From Octopus sinensis (lineage: Eukaryota): a stretch of 8,025 bases of DNA. Made by a program: the position numbers and the translations under genes. The notes under the pieces are model-generated. The model saw only the letters and a list, made by a program, of their open reading frames with translations. It was not told the DNA's origin and did no database searches. Below are positions 1 through 7,071 of the stretch, one piece after another. Each line of letters begins with the position of its first letter. The first letter of the stretch is position 1. The DNA lies in contig NW_021828613.1 of the NCBI RefSeq assembly GCF_006345805.1, positions 1 through 8,025 on the forward strand. The letters are read 5' to 3'.

Positions 1-9
1 GTTATGCAG

Positions 10-100
10 AATCACATTACTATTTATAAATGAAGGAGCTTTCTGAGTGGTTGCTCGATCACCTAGAAATAGCAGTCAACTTACCAACATTCAACCGTCT
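10..100 (+). repeat. Possible degenerate fragment of an abundant octopus interspersed repeat (unclassified)
   Basis: AATGAAGGAG...TGGTTGCTCGA..CTAGAAATAGCAG..AA...ACCGTCTT resembles a common Octopus repeat recalled from memory; no in-window second copy to confirm it. Confidence 0.25.
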
Positions 101-427
101 TACTTTTCAATCTGCCAGAGTGCAGGTGTCGATATGGTAGATATTCAGCTTGAACTTCCGAAAATTGATAAATGTTGTAGGGGTGGGGAATTGGCATACA
201 GGGAAGAAGGGGCACAGGGTTACAACAGTTCTAGAGACAAAAAGTTTGGGTGAAAAGTTTAGTAAGGAAAAAGAGTAGAATAAATGAGGAAATTGGGCGC
301 GTAAACGTAGACATACAGTGACATAAAACATACATCACTGTATCGACACCCCAATAACACTATGTGAACGCACATATTTCTTTTTGTCCCCTTTTCTTTT
401 TCTTATATATCTCTCTCTTTATCTCTC

Positions 428-430
<3 letters not shown>

Positions 431-487
<57 letters not shown>
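431..487. repeat. (CT)n microsatellite, about 28 units
   Basis: Directly visible; lies at the 3' tail of the minus-strand SINE at 490-841 and reads (AG)n on that strand. Confidence 0.97.
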
Positions 488-489
<2 letters not shown>

Positions 490-646
490 CTCTATTATTT
501 TTCTTCTTTCAGTCATTGGACTCTGCCTACATTGAGGCACCACGTTGAAGAATTTTCAGTCGAATAAATTAATAATTATGCTGTCAGTTCCTTTTACTGA
601 ACCTCTAAGAACGTAAAGACACCAACATCGCTTGCCAAGCGATGGT

Positions 647-688
<42 letters not shown>

Positions 689-841
689 TACACGCGCATA
701 CACACATACGACAGGTTTCTTTCAGTTCCCGTTCAGCAAATCCATTCCCAAGGGATTGGTCGGCCCAGGGCTCCAGTAGAAGATACTGGACCCAGGTGCC
801 ACGCAGTAAAACTGAACCCGGAACCATGTGATAGAGAAGCA
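490..841 (-). mobile_element. tRNA-derived octopus SINE (OR/CORE-SINE-like), slightly 5'-truncated and diverged, with internal (TG)n tract
   Basis: Minus strand reads CACATGGTTCCGGGTTCAGT (B-box-like), then TGCGTGGCACCTGGG..TCTTCTACT..GCCCTGGGCCGACCAA (central domain), GGAACTGAAAGAAACCTGTCGTA, the (TG)n tract at 649-708, CCATCGCTTGGCAAGCGATGTTGGTGTCTTTACG, and a 3' tail GTGGTGCC..GAGTCCAATGACTGAAAGAAGAAAATAATAGAG that resembles the tail at 7941-7999. Family assignment from recalled consensus. Confidence 0.8.
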
Positions 842-893
842 TGTATACATACTTACACATGCGCATATGCATGCGTACATATATGCATATATA
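841..893. repeat. Degenerate alternating purine-pyrimidine (TA/CA/TG) low-complexity tract
   Basis: ATGTATACATACTTACACATGCGCATATGCATGCGTACATATATGCATATATA, directly visible. Confidence 0.8.
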
Positions 894-1397
894 AATACTT
901 ACTCCATCTTTATAGATGATTGCCATCTCCTTGTCCCACCTCGTTGTCAATGGAATTGCTGACTTCCCATCCATGACATCTCAAATGACTATTCAGTCTC
1001 GTCGTAGATCTGCTTGGTTTGAAGCAAAAGTGATGGACGAAAGTCGTAACTTACTGCGCGCTTCCGACTGGTTGGGTCTTCACTCGTCACCACTCTTCTA
1101 TTGAGAAAGGGTTTTCTAATAGTTGGGATAACAAATGAGGTCGCCATAAAGAGACATGTGTACGCCATTGCAATTTAGTGACAAACGTTTGTACAACGTG
1201 TATATCGCTCTCTGAATCTCTGTGATTAGCGCCGAGTGACAGTCCTAAGCAAAATCACCAGCAACTACGTGAAACCGCTGGTTTTACATGAACGTCCCTC
1301 TCCTACAAGGATGCAGCGACCACAGTTTGGAGTCTCACTGCCCGTTTTGTTTATTTCTGCGCTCCTGCGCACAGAGGCGATGTCATTCCATATACCA

Positions 1398-1548
1398 GTT
1401 GACTGGAACCCTGACTGTTGTTATACTCCGGCTTAAAGTCGACCAAGGAACAATAGGGACTAAGAGATGGTTCCACACTCCTCAGAACCATCGAACTCCC
1501 GAAACAGAGCTCCACTATCTGATGCAGTACACACTCATACGCAGGACA
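1398..1548. repeat. Probable old, diverged fragment of an abundant octopus interspersed repeat (SINE/LINE-derived)
   Basis: GACTGGAACCCTGAC..ACTCCGGCTTAAAGTCGACCAAGGAACAAT..ACTAAGAGATGGTTCCACACTCCTCAGA..CTCCACTATCTGATGCAGT..TCATACGCAGGAC follows the motif order of a recalled Octopus repeat (..GGACCCTAAC..ACTCCGGGTCAGAGTGGACCTGGGAGTAATGGCAATGAAGGGGTACTCCACATTCCCCAA..CACCATCAGATG..TCATATCCAGGAC). Not verified by search. Confidence 0.4.
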
Positions 1549-1552
1549 GATC

Positions 1553-1692
1553 TATATACATACATTCATGGATGCATACATACACACACATACATATATT
1601 TACCATACATGCAAACATATATACATACATATGTACGTACATAGATACTATTCATACATGCGTACATACATACACACCTGCATGTATGTAGA
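1553..1692. repeat. Compound (TACA)n/(CA)n/(TA)n microsatellite, imperfect
   Basis: Directly visible. Confidence 0.9.
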
Positions 1693-1770
1693 TATATTCG
1701 AGATTCACTCTATCCTTTCATTTACTTCACATAGACATTAATCAAATCTACAACTATTGAGCACTCAAAG

Positions 1771-1932
1771 ATGAATCTTATAACAGTGATCTTGGCTTTT
1801 GTATATGTTGGATATTTAGTGCATCCAATTGTGAATACAGAAGCCGAAATGTCGAAATTTCTGAAATCTTTAACCAAATCTCTGAAGATTTCTAAATTTT
1901 TGTTTCGTCTATCACATATCTTTATAGTTTGA
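1771..1932 (+). CDS. Candidate 53-aa small secreted peptide or signal-peptide exon (hypothetical)
   Basis: ATG 1771 to TGA 1930-1932 gives MNLITVILAFVYVGYLVHPIVNTEAEMSKFLKSLTKSLKISKFLFRLSHIFIV. It has an AAAGATG start context, an upstream acceptor-like TTTCATTTACTTCACATAG ending at 1734, and a hydrophobic N-terminal stretch. No homologue recognised; AT-rich DNA can give this composition by chance. Confidence 0.25.
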   Translation: MNLITVILAFVYVGYLVHPIVNTEAEMSKFLKSLTKSLKISKFLFRLSHIFIV

Positions 1933-1943
1933 GCCATTTCCTC

Positions 1944-2045
1944 TGTGTGTGTGTGTGTGTGTGTATACATGCACACATACATATATACATGCATATACAC
2001 ACACACATACACACACACTCATACACACATATGTATGTATGTATG
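1944..2045. repeat. Compound (TG)10 + (TA/CA)n + (TATG)n microsatellite
   Basis: Directly visible. Confidence 0.92.
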
Positions 2046-2209
2046 TTACAAGGTCTGCAGCTCTTGGTGGTCCAAATCAGACAAGCAATCTATGTGGGTG
2101 TCTTTTCAATACATTGAAGACGCCATGATGGATCTAAGGTGTAGGTACAGGAAGTGGTCAGACCCTGCATAAGGAGTAAACAATCACCATATAAGTATAA
2201 GGAACAAGG

Positions 2210-2370
2210 AAGAAGGAGGCAGTTAGAATTTTGGATAATTCTTTATTAGCGCTTTCGGCCGGTCAGTCGAACCCTTCAAGATATAATGCATTTTATACGC
2301 ATAATATCTTGAAAGAGTTCCATGAAAGCGCTAATAAAGAATTATCCAAAATTCTAACTGCCTCCTCCTT
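2210..2370. repeat. Long inverted repeat / foldback (MITE-like or hairpin-RNA-like)
   Basis: 2214-2256 is the exact reverse complement of 2324-2366 (43 bp; 47 bp with one mismatch, 2210-2256/2324-2370). A nested inner stem forms between 2269-2284 and 2304-2320. Confidence 0.95.
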
Positions 2371-2430
2371 AATATATGCAATTTCTGTACACCACTTCAA
2401 GCACTCTATACAGACATACATAATACGTAT

Positions 2431-2437
2431 ACACACA

Positions 2438-2486
<49 letters not shown>
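2431..2486. repeat. (AC)n(AT)n compound microsatellite
   Basis: Directly visible. Confidence 0.96.
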
Positions 2487-2626
2487 CGTTTTGGGATTTG
2501 GTTTGCAAGATTCCTTACGTGAGTTCGTGTGTTGAAGCACAAAAAGAAAATTACTCTCCCCAGACGCCACAGTATATATCTGAAAGTATTGTGTAGCTGT
2601 TAATTATTACATCGATGACAAAGACA

Positions 2627-2670
<44 letters not shown>
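2627..2670. repeat. (ATG)n microsatellite, about 14 units
   Basis: Directly visible. Confidence 0.97.
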
Positions 2671-2671
2671 A

Positions 2672-3148
2672 AGATGTGCTTCAGCAAATATTCTGCTTAA
2701 TACCACAGATTTGTTTGCCAGTTGTTTGACATAAAGCAGTTGAGCATGTCCCTTGTGGATTACGATGTGTGTATCTCTGAAATCGAGCAGAATTAGTTGG
2801 GGAGCAGCATAGCCATGTGTTGAGAGGAATTCTATCGGGTTTGAATAATTCGCCTCTGGAAACATGAGTATTTCGTTCAACATCCTTAAAACAAACCTTA
2901 TTCAGGAAACTTTAGAATGGGAAGGGTTACTCAACATGAAGAACATTCCTACTAGGTCCCAACTGCGAGGTCATGCCCTGTTTATCTTAATATAAGATCG
3001 CCATGTCGTGCATATATGGTTGTGATGCATGTGCCTGGTGTAGTCTTATCAGACGGGTAGTCATGATGGGTGTACTGGGCTTCGTATATTTGTACCCCAG
3101 TGTCATTTTGATGGCATGCACTTCTCTCTCACTCAATAATAATAATAA
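2672..3148 (+). mobile_element. 3' portion (long 3' UTR with (AAT)n tail) of an abundant octopus non-LTR retroelement
   Basis: A complex, less AT-rich block bounded by microsatellites and ending CTCTCTCACTC(AAT)n, with a 3' stem-loop ACTGGG 3074-3079 / CCCAGT 3096-3101. It closely resembles a high-copy Octopus repeat recalled from memory; clade not determinable here. Confidence 0.55.
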
Positions 3149-3161
3149 CAGTAGTAGTAGA

Positions 3162-3238
<77 letters not shown>

Positions 3239-3239
3239 A
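3135..3239. repeat. Compound (AAT)n-(AGT)n trinucleotide microsatellite
   Basis: About four AAT units, then AAC, then about 28 AGT units with one AGAG interruption, ending TAAT. Confidence 0.97.
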
Positions 3240-3567
3240 TGCCTGTTTGATTCCAGAATCACTCCCTTTAAATTTGAAATAAGAAGTATTTGGAACATGA
3301 GAACAGTAAAAGTGGTCCCTATAATAATTGGTGCGTTGGGAACAGTAAGTCAAGATATAGGCAAATGGCTGAAGAAGATTGAAATTGAATGCCCTGCAGA
3401 CCTACAGAAAAATTTGCCTCTTAGGGACAGCAAGGATTATCAATAGGGTTCTAAGCACTTGAAAGAAAACTTGTGGATACTTAAGGTTACTGGTAAATAC
3501 CCGGTATCCATATAAATCATACCAGGAAAAAGACCGTACCTGTGCCAAACCAAAATAATTATAATAA
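3239..3567 (+). mobile_element. 5'-truncated R4/Dong-clade non-LTR retrotransposon: decayed C-terminal restriction-like endonuclease region, 3' UTR and TAA-rich tail
   Basis: Translation: (AC-)FDSRI..FKFEIRSIWNMRTVKVVPIIIGALGTVSQDIGKWLKKIEIECPADLQK, frameshift near 3408-3412, then ICLLGTARIINRVLST* (TGA 3460-3462). This matches the characteristic R4/Dong C-terminus pattern (L..EI..LW..KV.V.PI.IGALG...LQK..LLGTARI.R.VL). The 3' UTR has a TGGATAC/GTATCCA stem and ends AATAATTATAATAA. Confidence 0.75.
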
Positions 3568-3981
3568 GCTCGACAAAGAGAAAATATGCCAAAGTGAAAA
3601 CCAACAATGGCCCTAATGTTCTAGGCAAAAAGGAGAAGCATCTCTGATTCTCGAGACACAAAAAGCAATGAAAACAAGTCCTAGACCAGTTGATTCTGAA
3701 CCGTGCGTTTCACTTAAGATTCTGTTGTTTAAATTTAAGTGCAATAAATCGGCTATAAAATACACAAACTTTTGTAATATTTTTTATAATCCTTAATAAT
3801 ACTTGATTATAAAAATATAATAGGATTTATTTTTAACTATCAAATGTCTTTGAGGGTCTGTCCAAGTAAAATGGGAATCCAAAGGACCTTTAGGGAAGAA
3901 AATGGTAGAGAGTCACTGTCCAAGACAAATAACTACAGAAATAAAAACAATGAAAAGAAAACCCTAACATAACACGTAACC

Positions 3982-4059
3982 CGTACAGTCATACATGTAC
4001 GCTTGTAGTCCGGACAACGAGCGTACAGTCATACATGTACGCTTGTAGTCCGGACAACG
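3982..4059. repeat. Exact 38-bp tandem duplication (period 40)
   Basis: CGTACAGTCATACATGTACGCTTGTAGTCCGGACAACG at 3982-4019 and 4022-4059, separated by AG. Confidence 0.97.
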
Positions 4060-4209
4060 CTGCTGAGAGAGTTGACTTTTCTCGAAGAGTAAAACTAATT
4101 CAAGATCTGGGACGTCCGACGATTGGCCTGGTTTGGGATTCTTGAGCCCCTATTGGAAACAGCAAAATCAACACGACAAAATGAAAATGGAATTCCAATA
4201 TATTTATAT

Positions 4210-4401
4210 ATCGTCGTCATCATTATCTCCAACGGAGCCGTCGTTGTCATCATCATCAACAACATCATCGCCAACGTCACCACCATCACCACCACAATCA
4301 CGATCATCATCATCATCATCACGGTCATCATCATCATCATCATCATCATCGTCGTCGTCGTCGTCGTCGTCTTCAAAGTCATTATCATCATCTTCACCAT
4401 C
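4210..4401. repeat. Imperfect compound (ATC/GTC/ACC)n trinucleotide tract, 64 triplets
   Basis: Directly visible; triplet register is maintained throughout. Confidence 0.95.
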
Positions 4402-4414
4402 TATATAATTGTAC

Positions 4415-4563
4415 ATTTATTTTCCGTAATGGAATCGGTTGACGGATCGATAGAATCCGACAGGCCAGTTGACAACTTCTTTCTCCAGTGCCTCCATTTT
4501 GGCATGATTTCTATAGCTGAATACTTTCAATGGCACCAACCACTTTATAGAGTGTACTGCGTG
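4415..4563 (-). mobile_element. Probable diverged 3' end of an RTE-related octopus retroelement whose (GAT)n tail is the tract at 4210-4401
   Basis: TTTTGGCATGATTTCTATAGCTGAATACTTTCAATGGCACCAACCACTTTATAGAGTGTACTG resembles the recalled motif TTTTGGCATGGTTTCTACGGCTGGATGCCCTTCCTAATGCCAACCACTTTACAGAGTGTACTG, which in Octopus is typically preceded by (CAT)n. Recall only. Confidence 0.5.
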
Positions 4564-4600
4564 GATCAACTCCAGCGCTAAAGACGTGCATTTGTATTAA

Positions 4601-4720
4601 ATATATGTATGTATGTATACGTGTATGTATGTATGTATACACGTATGTATATATGTATGCATGTACATGTATATATGCATGTATATATGTTTGTATGTAT
4701 GTATGTGTGTGTATGTATGT
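4601..4720. repeat. Compound (TATG)n/(TA)n/(TG)n microsatellite
   Basis: Directly visible. Confidence 0.93.
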
Positions 4721-4721
4721 C

Positions 4722-4810
4722 ATCTTTCAGTTTTATTTCAAGATTTCTTGCCAATAGAGAAAGAGCCGGATTCTAACCTTAATCCAGGTCTCCTTCATTG
4801 GAATTTCATC
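4722..4810. repeat. Probable fragment of a common octopus interspersed repeat (unclassified)
   Basis: TTTTATTTCAAGATTTCTTGCCAATAGAGAAAGAGCCGG.TTCTAACCT...CCA.G..TCCTTCATTGGAATTTCA resembles a recalled Octopus repeat; sharply bounded by microsatellite-like DNA. Confidence 0.35.
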
Positions 4811-4884
4811 ATGTATATACGTGCGTATATATGTATTACGTATGTATTGTCGAAAGGCCGTAAACCGACATGCTGTGCGCAAGA

Positions 4885-4990
4885 CCTGACAAAAATCAAC
4901 AGCCTCTCTAACCAAAATGATAAACACCGACTAAAAGAGGCTTCCATTACACTGCATCCGACGAACATCCAAGAATAGCGACATAATAAA
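4885..4990. repeat. Possible decayed retroelement fragment (unclassified)
   Basis: The plus frame reads KINSLSNQNDKHRLKEASITLHPTNIQE*; the DNA resembles repeat sequence recalled from Octopus, but I cannot assign a domain. Confidence 0.25.
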
Positions 4991-5149
4991 CTCCAGAATA
5001 GAGGAATAATGTAGGCACCATCTGGAAGACTATGTATTAAATATCCTCTTCGTGTAAGTTTTTCTATTCTCTTATACATTATTCGTAGCGACACCTCGGA
5101 TTCAGCGACACTATAAACATACTATTTAAATATAAGAAATACATGTACG

Positions 5150-5209
<60 letters not shown>

Positions 5210-5211
5210 TA
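5150..5211. repeat. (CT)n(CA)n compound microsatellite
   Basis: Directly visible. Confidence 0.96.
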
Positions 5212-5488
5212 CAGAAATATGCATATAAGTGTGACTGTGTGCGTGTATATATGCAAGACACGGCAGGATGACAGTTTCTGAATTTCCGACTAACGGATGT
5301 TACGTATCCAACTAGAGGAATGCTATCGTGAAATACTAGCATTTATCAGAAGACTGTGGATCTTCAGACCGTATACAATGAAAACTAGGAGTAAACAATA
5401 TAACCACGCTAATAAACAACTGACCAGTGACCAGTAAGAATATCCGTTTTATAAGCCAGTCGCATCTGCGGATTGACCAAGGAGAGAT

Positions 5489-5518
5489 ACACGCAGACAC
5501 TCATACACGCACACGCAC

Positions 5519-5564
<46 letters not shown>

Positions 5565-5576
5565 ACATATATATAT
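5489..5576. repeat. (CA)n microsatellite with degenerate 5' part and (TA)n end
   Basis: Pure (AC)n at 5521-5558; directly visible. Confidence 0.95.
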
Positions 5577-6255
5577 AAAAAGTATGAAAGAATGAAGTTA
5601 GTAAATTGCGTTTGTCCCTTAGTTTAAAATCGCTTCTTTGATTACAATTAAACGAATCTTGCATAATGCCGTTTCCGTGTTAAAGATCGCTGTTTTATCT
5701 TCGTGCACTCTGCAATCTTTCCGTAACAGCCCACGCCGAAACAAATTCTTCAGAACACATGAATAAGCAATAAGCTGGTTCATTTTTCAATCTCGCCGAA
5801 AAGCGTATATACTCTCTAAACCACCCAAAGTAGGCAGTTGTAATTAAGTAAGATATTGGAAGTAAGGGAGTAAGATAGATGAAGGAGGAACAGGGTAAAT
5901 TGACAAGATGATTAGTCACGTATCTCACTGGCAGAATCGCAAATAGAAGCCTGTATCCAGTAGAAGTGTTTACCATTAATAAAATTGCTAGGTGGTTAGA
6001 TTTGGCGAAGACTTATTTCGAATTCACAGAAATTCTAAGTTACTTCGGGTGCAGACAGATTATTTGCGGAAGCTGTTTTCTATTGAAATGAATTATTTAT
6101 ACAAGTTCGTTCAATGACACGATTAATCACATTGATTTATAAACTCTTATATTCCTTCATTTTCACGTCTCCTAAAAGATAGTCCAACCTCGCAGCTGGT
6201 TCATATACATACTCACACAATAATATACACATATACTCAAAACTAATACTCACAC

Positions 6256-6383
6256 CCTTCTGTGTCAGTCCGTTCATTTGCATACACATATTCACACAAA
6301 AAAATGATAGATAAATGTGGGCTCGGTGAAGTAAACAAAAATGTTCAAATGGTTTTCCCGATACGCTGTTCAATAAATAAATA
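6256..6383 (+). repeat. Left arm of 128-bp inverted repeat
   Basis: Reverse complement of 6944-7071 with 5 mismatches and no indels (123/128). Confidence 0.96.
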
Positions 6384-6503
6384 TATACATAAGCTAAATT
6401 TTAAGAAATGTATTCATACTTCTGCTCACGTAAATAAGAACGCTATTGAATAGACACAGTATACACATGAATGAACACACTACGCTTACATATATTCATG
6501 CAT

Positions 6504-6730
6504 GCGAGCTGGCAGAAGCGTTTGCACACCGGGCGAAATGCTTAGCAGTATTTTGTCTGCCGTTACGTTCTGAGTTCAAATTCCGTCGAGGTCGACTTTG
6601 CCTTTCATCCTTTCGGGGTCGATGAAATAAGTACCAGTTACGCACTGGGGTCGATGTAATCGACTTAATCCCTTTGTCTGTCCTTGTTTGTCCCTATATG
6701 TTTAGCCTCCTGTGGGCAATAAAGAAATAA
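6504..6730 (+). mobile_element. Near full-length tRNA-derived octopus SINE (central domain resembling Meta/MESC-type SINEs)
   Basis: A-box-like TGGCAGAAGCGTTTG at 6510; B-box GTTCAAATTCC at 6574-6584; central GTCGACTTTGCCTTTCATCCTTTCGGGGTCGATGAAATAAGTACCAG; A-rich end AATAAAGAAATAA. Very close to a recalled high-copy Octopus SINE. Confidence 0.85.
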
Positions 6731-6943
6731 ATATATACATAGGAGAGTTTTGTAGTTCGCTTGAAGCATTGTGTATTGTTTGTAAAGAATAAAAAGTTTT
6801 GAATGGTACAACAATGCACTATAATACAGACAATGGGCTGTGTATACCTGTTGTAATTTAGTCATCCATAGTCTGATATGATATTTCGGAATAAAATTCC
6901 CTCCTCAGATATTCTTAGATGGAGTCGCTGCTATAATCGGTTT

Positions 6944-7071
6944 TATTTATTTATTGAACAGCGTATCGGGAAAACCATTTGAAAATTTTTGTTTACTACA
7001 CCGAGCCCACATTTATCTATCATTTTTTTGTGTGAATATGTGTATGCAAACGAAGGAACTGACACAGAAGG
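6944..7071 (-). repeat. Right arm of 128-bp inverted repeat
   Basis: Pairs with 6256-6383; mismatched pairs at 6270/7057, 6272/7055, 6276/7051, 6329/6998 and 6343/6984. Confidence 0.96.

Noticed and set aside
626-644. 19-bp palindrome CATCGCTTG-C-CAAGCGATG
   Set aside because: It lies inside the SINE and corresponds to a stem already present in the recalled family consensus.
897-1010. Minus-strand exon candidate (GTAAGT donor at 902-897, AG acceptor near 1010; peptide MDGKSAIPLTTRWDKEMAIIYKDG)
   Set aside because: All three frames between acceptor and donor contain stops. The faint resemblance to a mariner C-terminus is too short to support.
1358-1372. Tandem metal-response-element cores TGCGCTC and TGCGCAC
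   Set aside because: Short degenerate motifs with no identified promoter or target gene; not distinguishable from chance.
3628-3710. Possible exon QKGEASLILETQKAMKTSPRPVDSEP
   Set aside because: Weak splice signals, no homology recognised and no partner exons.
3781-3815. 11-bp AT-rich hairpin; similar small stems at 313-343 and 7828-7844
   Set aside because: Short stems in AT-rich DNA are expected by chance.
3960-3968. Telomere-like AACCCTAAC
   Set aside because: Little more than one unit, not an array.
5015-5059. Plus-strand micro-exon ending at the GTAAGT donor 5054-5059
   Set aside because: The upstream AG lacks a polypyrimidine tract, the peptide is unrecognisable, and single donor-like hexamers are common.
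5020-5090. Minus-frame YKRIEKLTRR...DGAYII as a mariner transposase C-terminus
   Set aside because: The conserved RW is missing, no upstream DD34D motifs or TIR were found, and the similarity is anecdotal.
364-5664. Track ORFs rich in SL, TH, CV, YI, poly-I, poly-Y, poly-L, poly-S, poly-M/T or poly-D
   Set aside because: They are translations of (CT)n, (CA)n, (TATG)n, (ATG)n, (AGT)n and (ATC)n tracts, which lack stop codons in some frames.
6504-6590. tRNA gene suggested by A- and B-box-like motifs
   Set aside because: No cloverleaf or T-tract terminator, and the sequence continues into a SINE body; it is a tRNA-derived SINE head.
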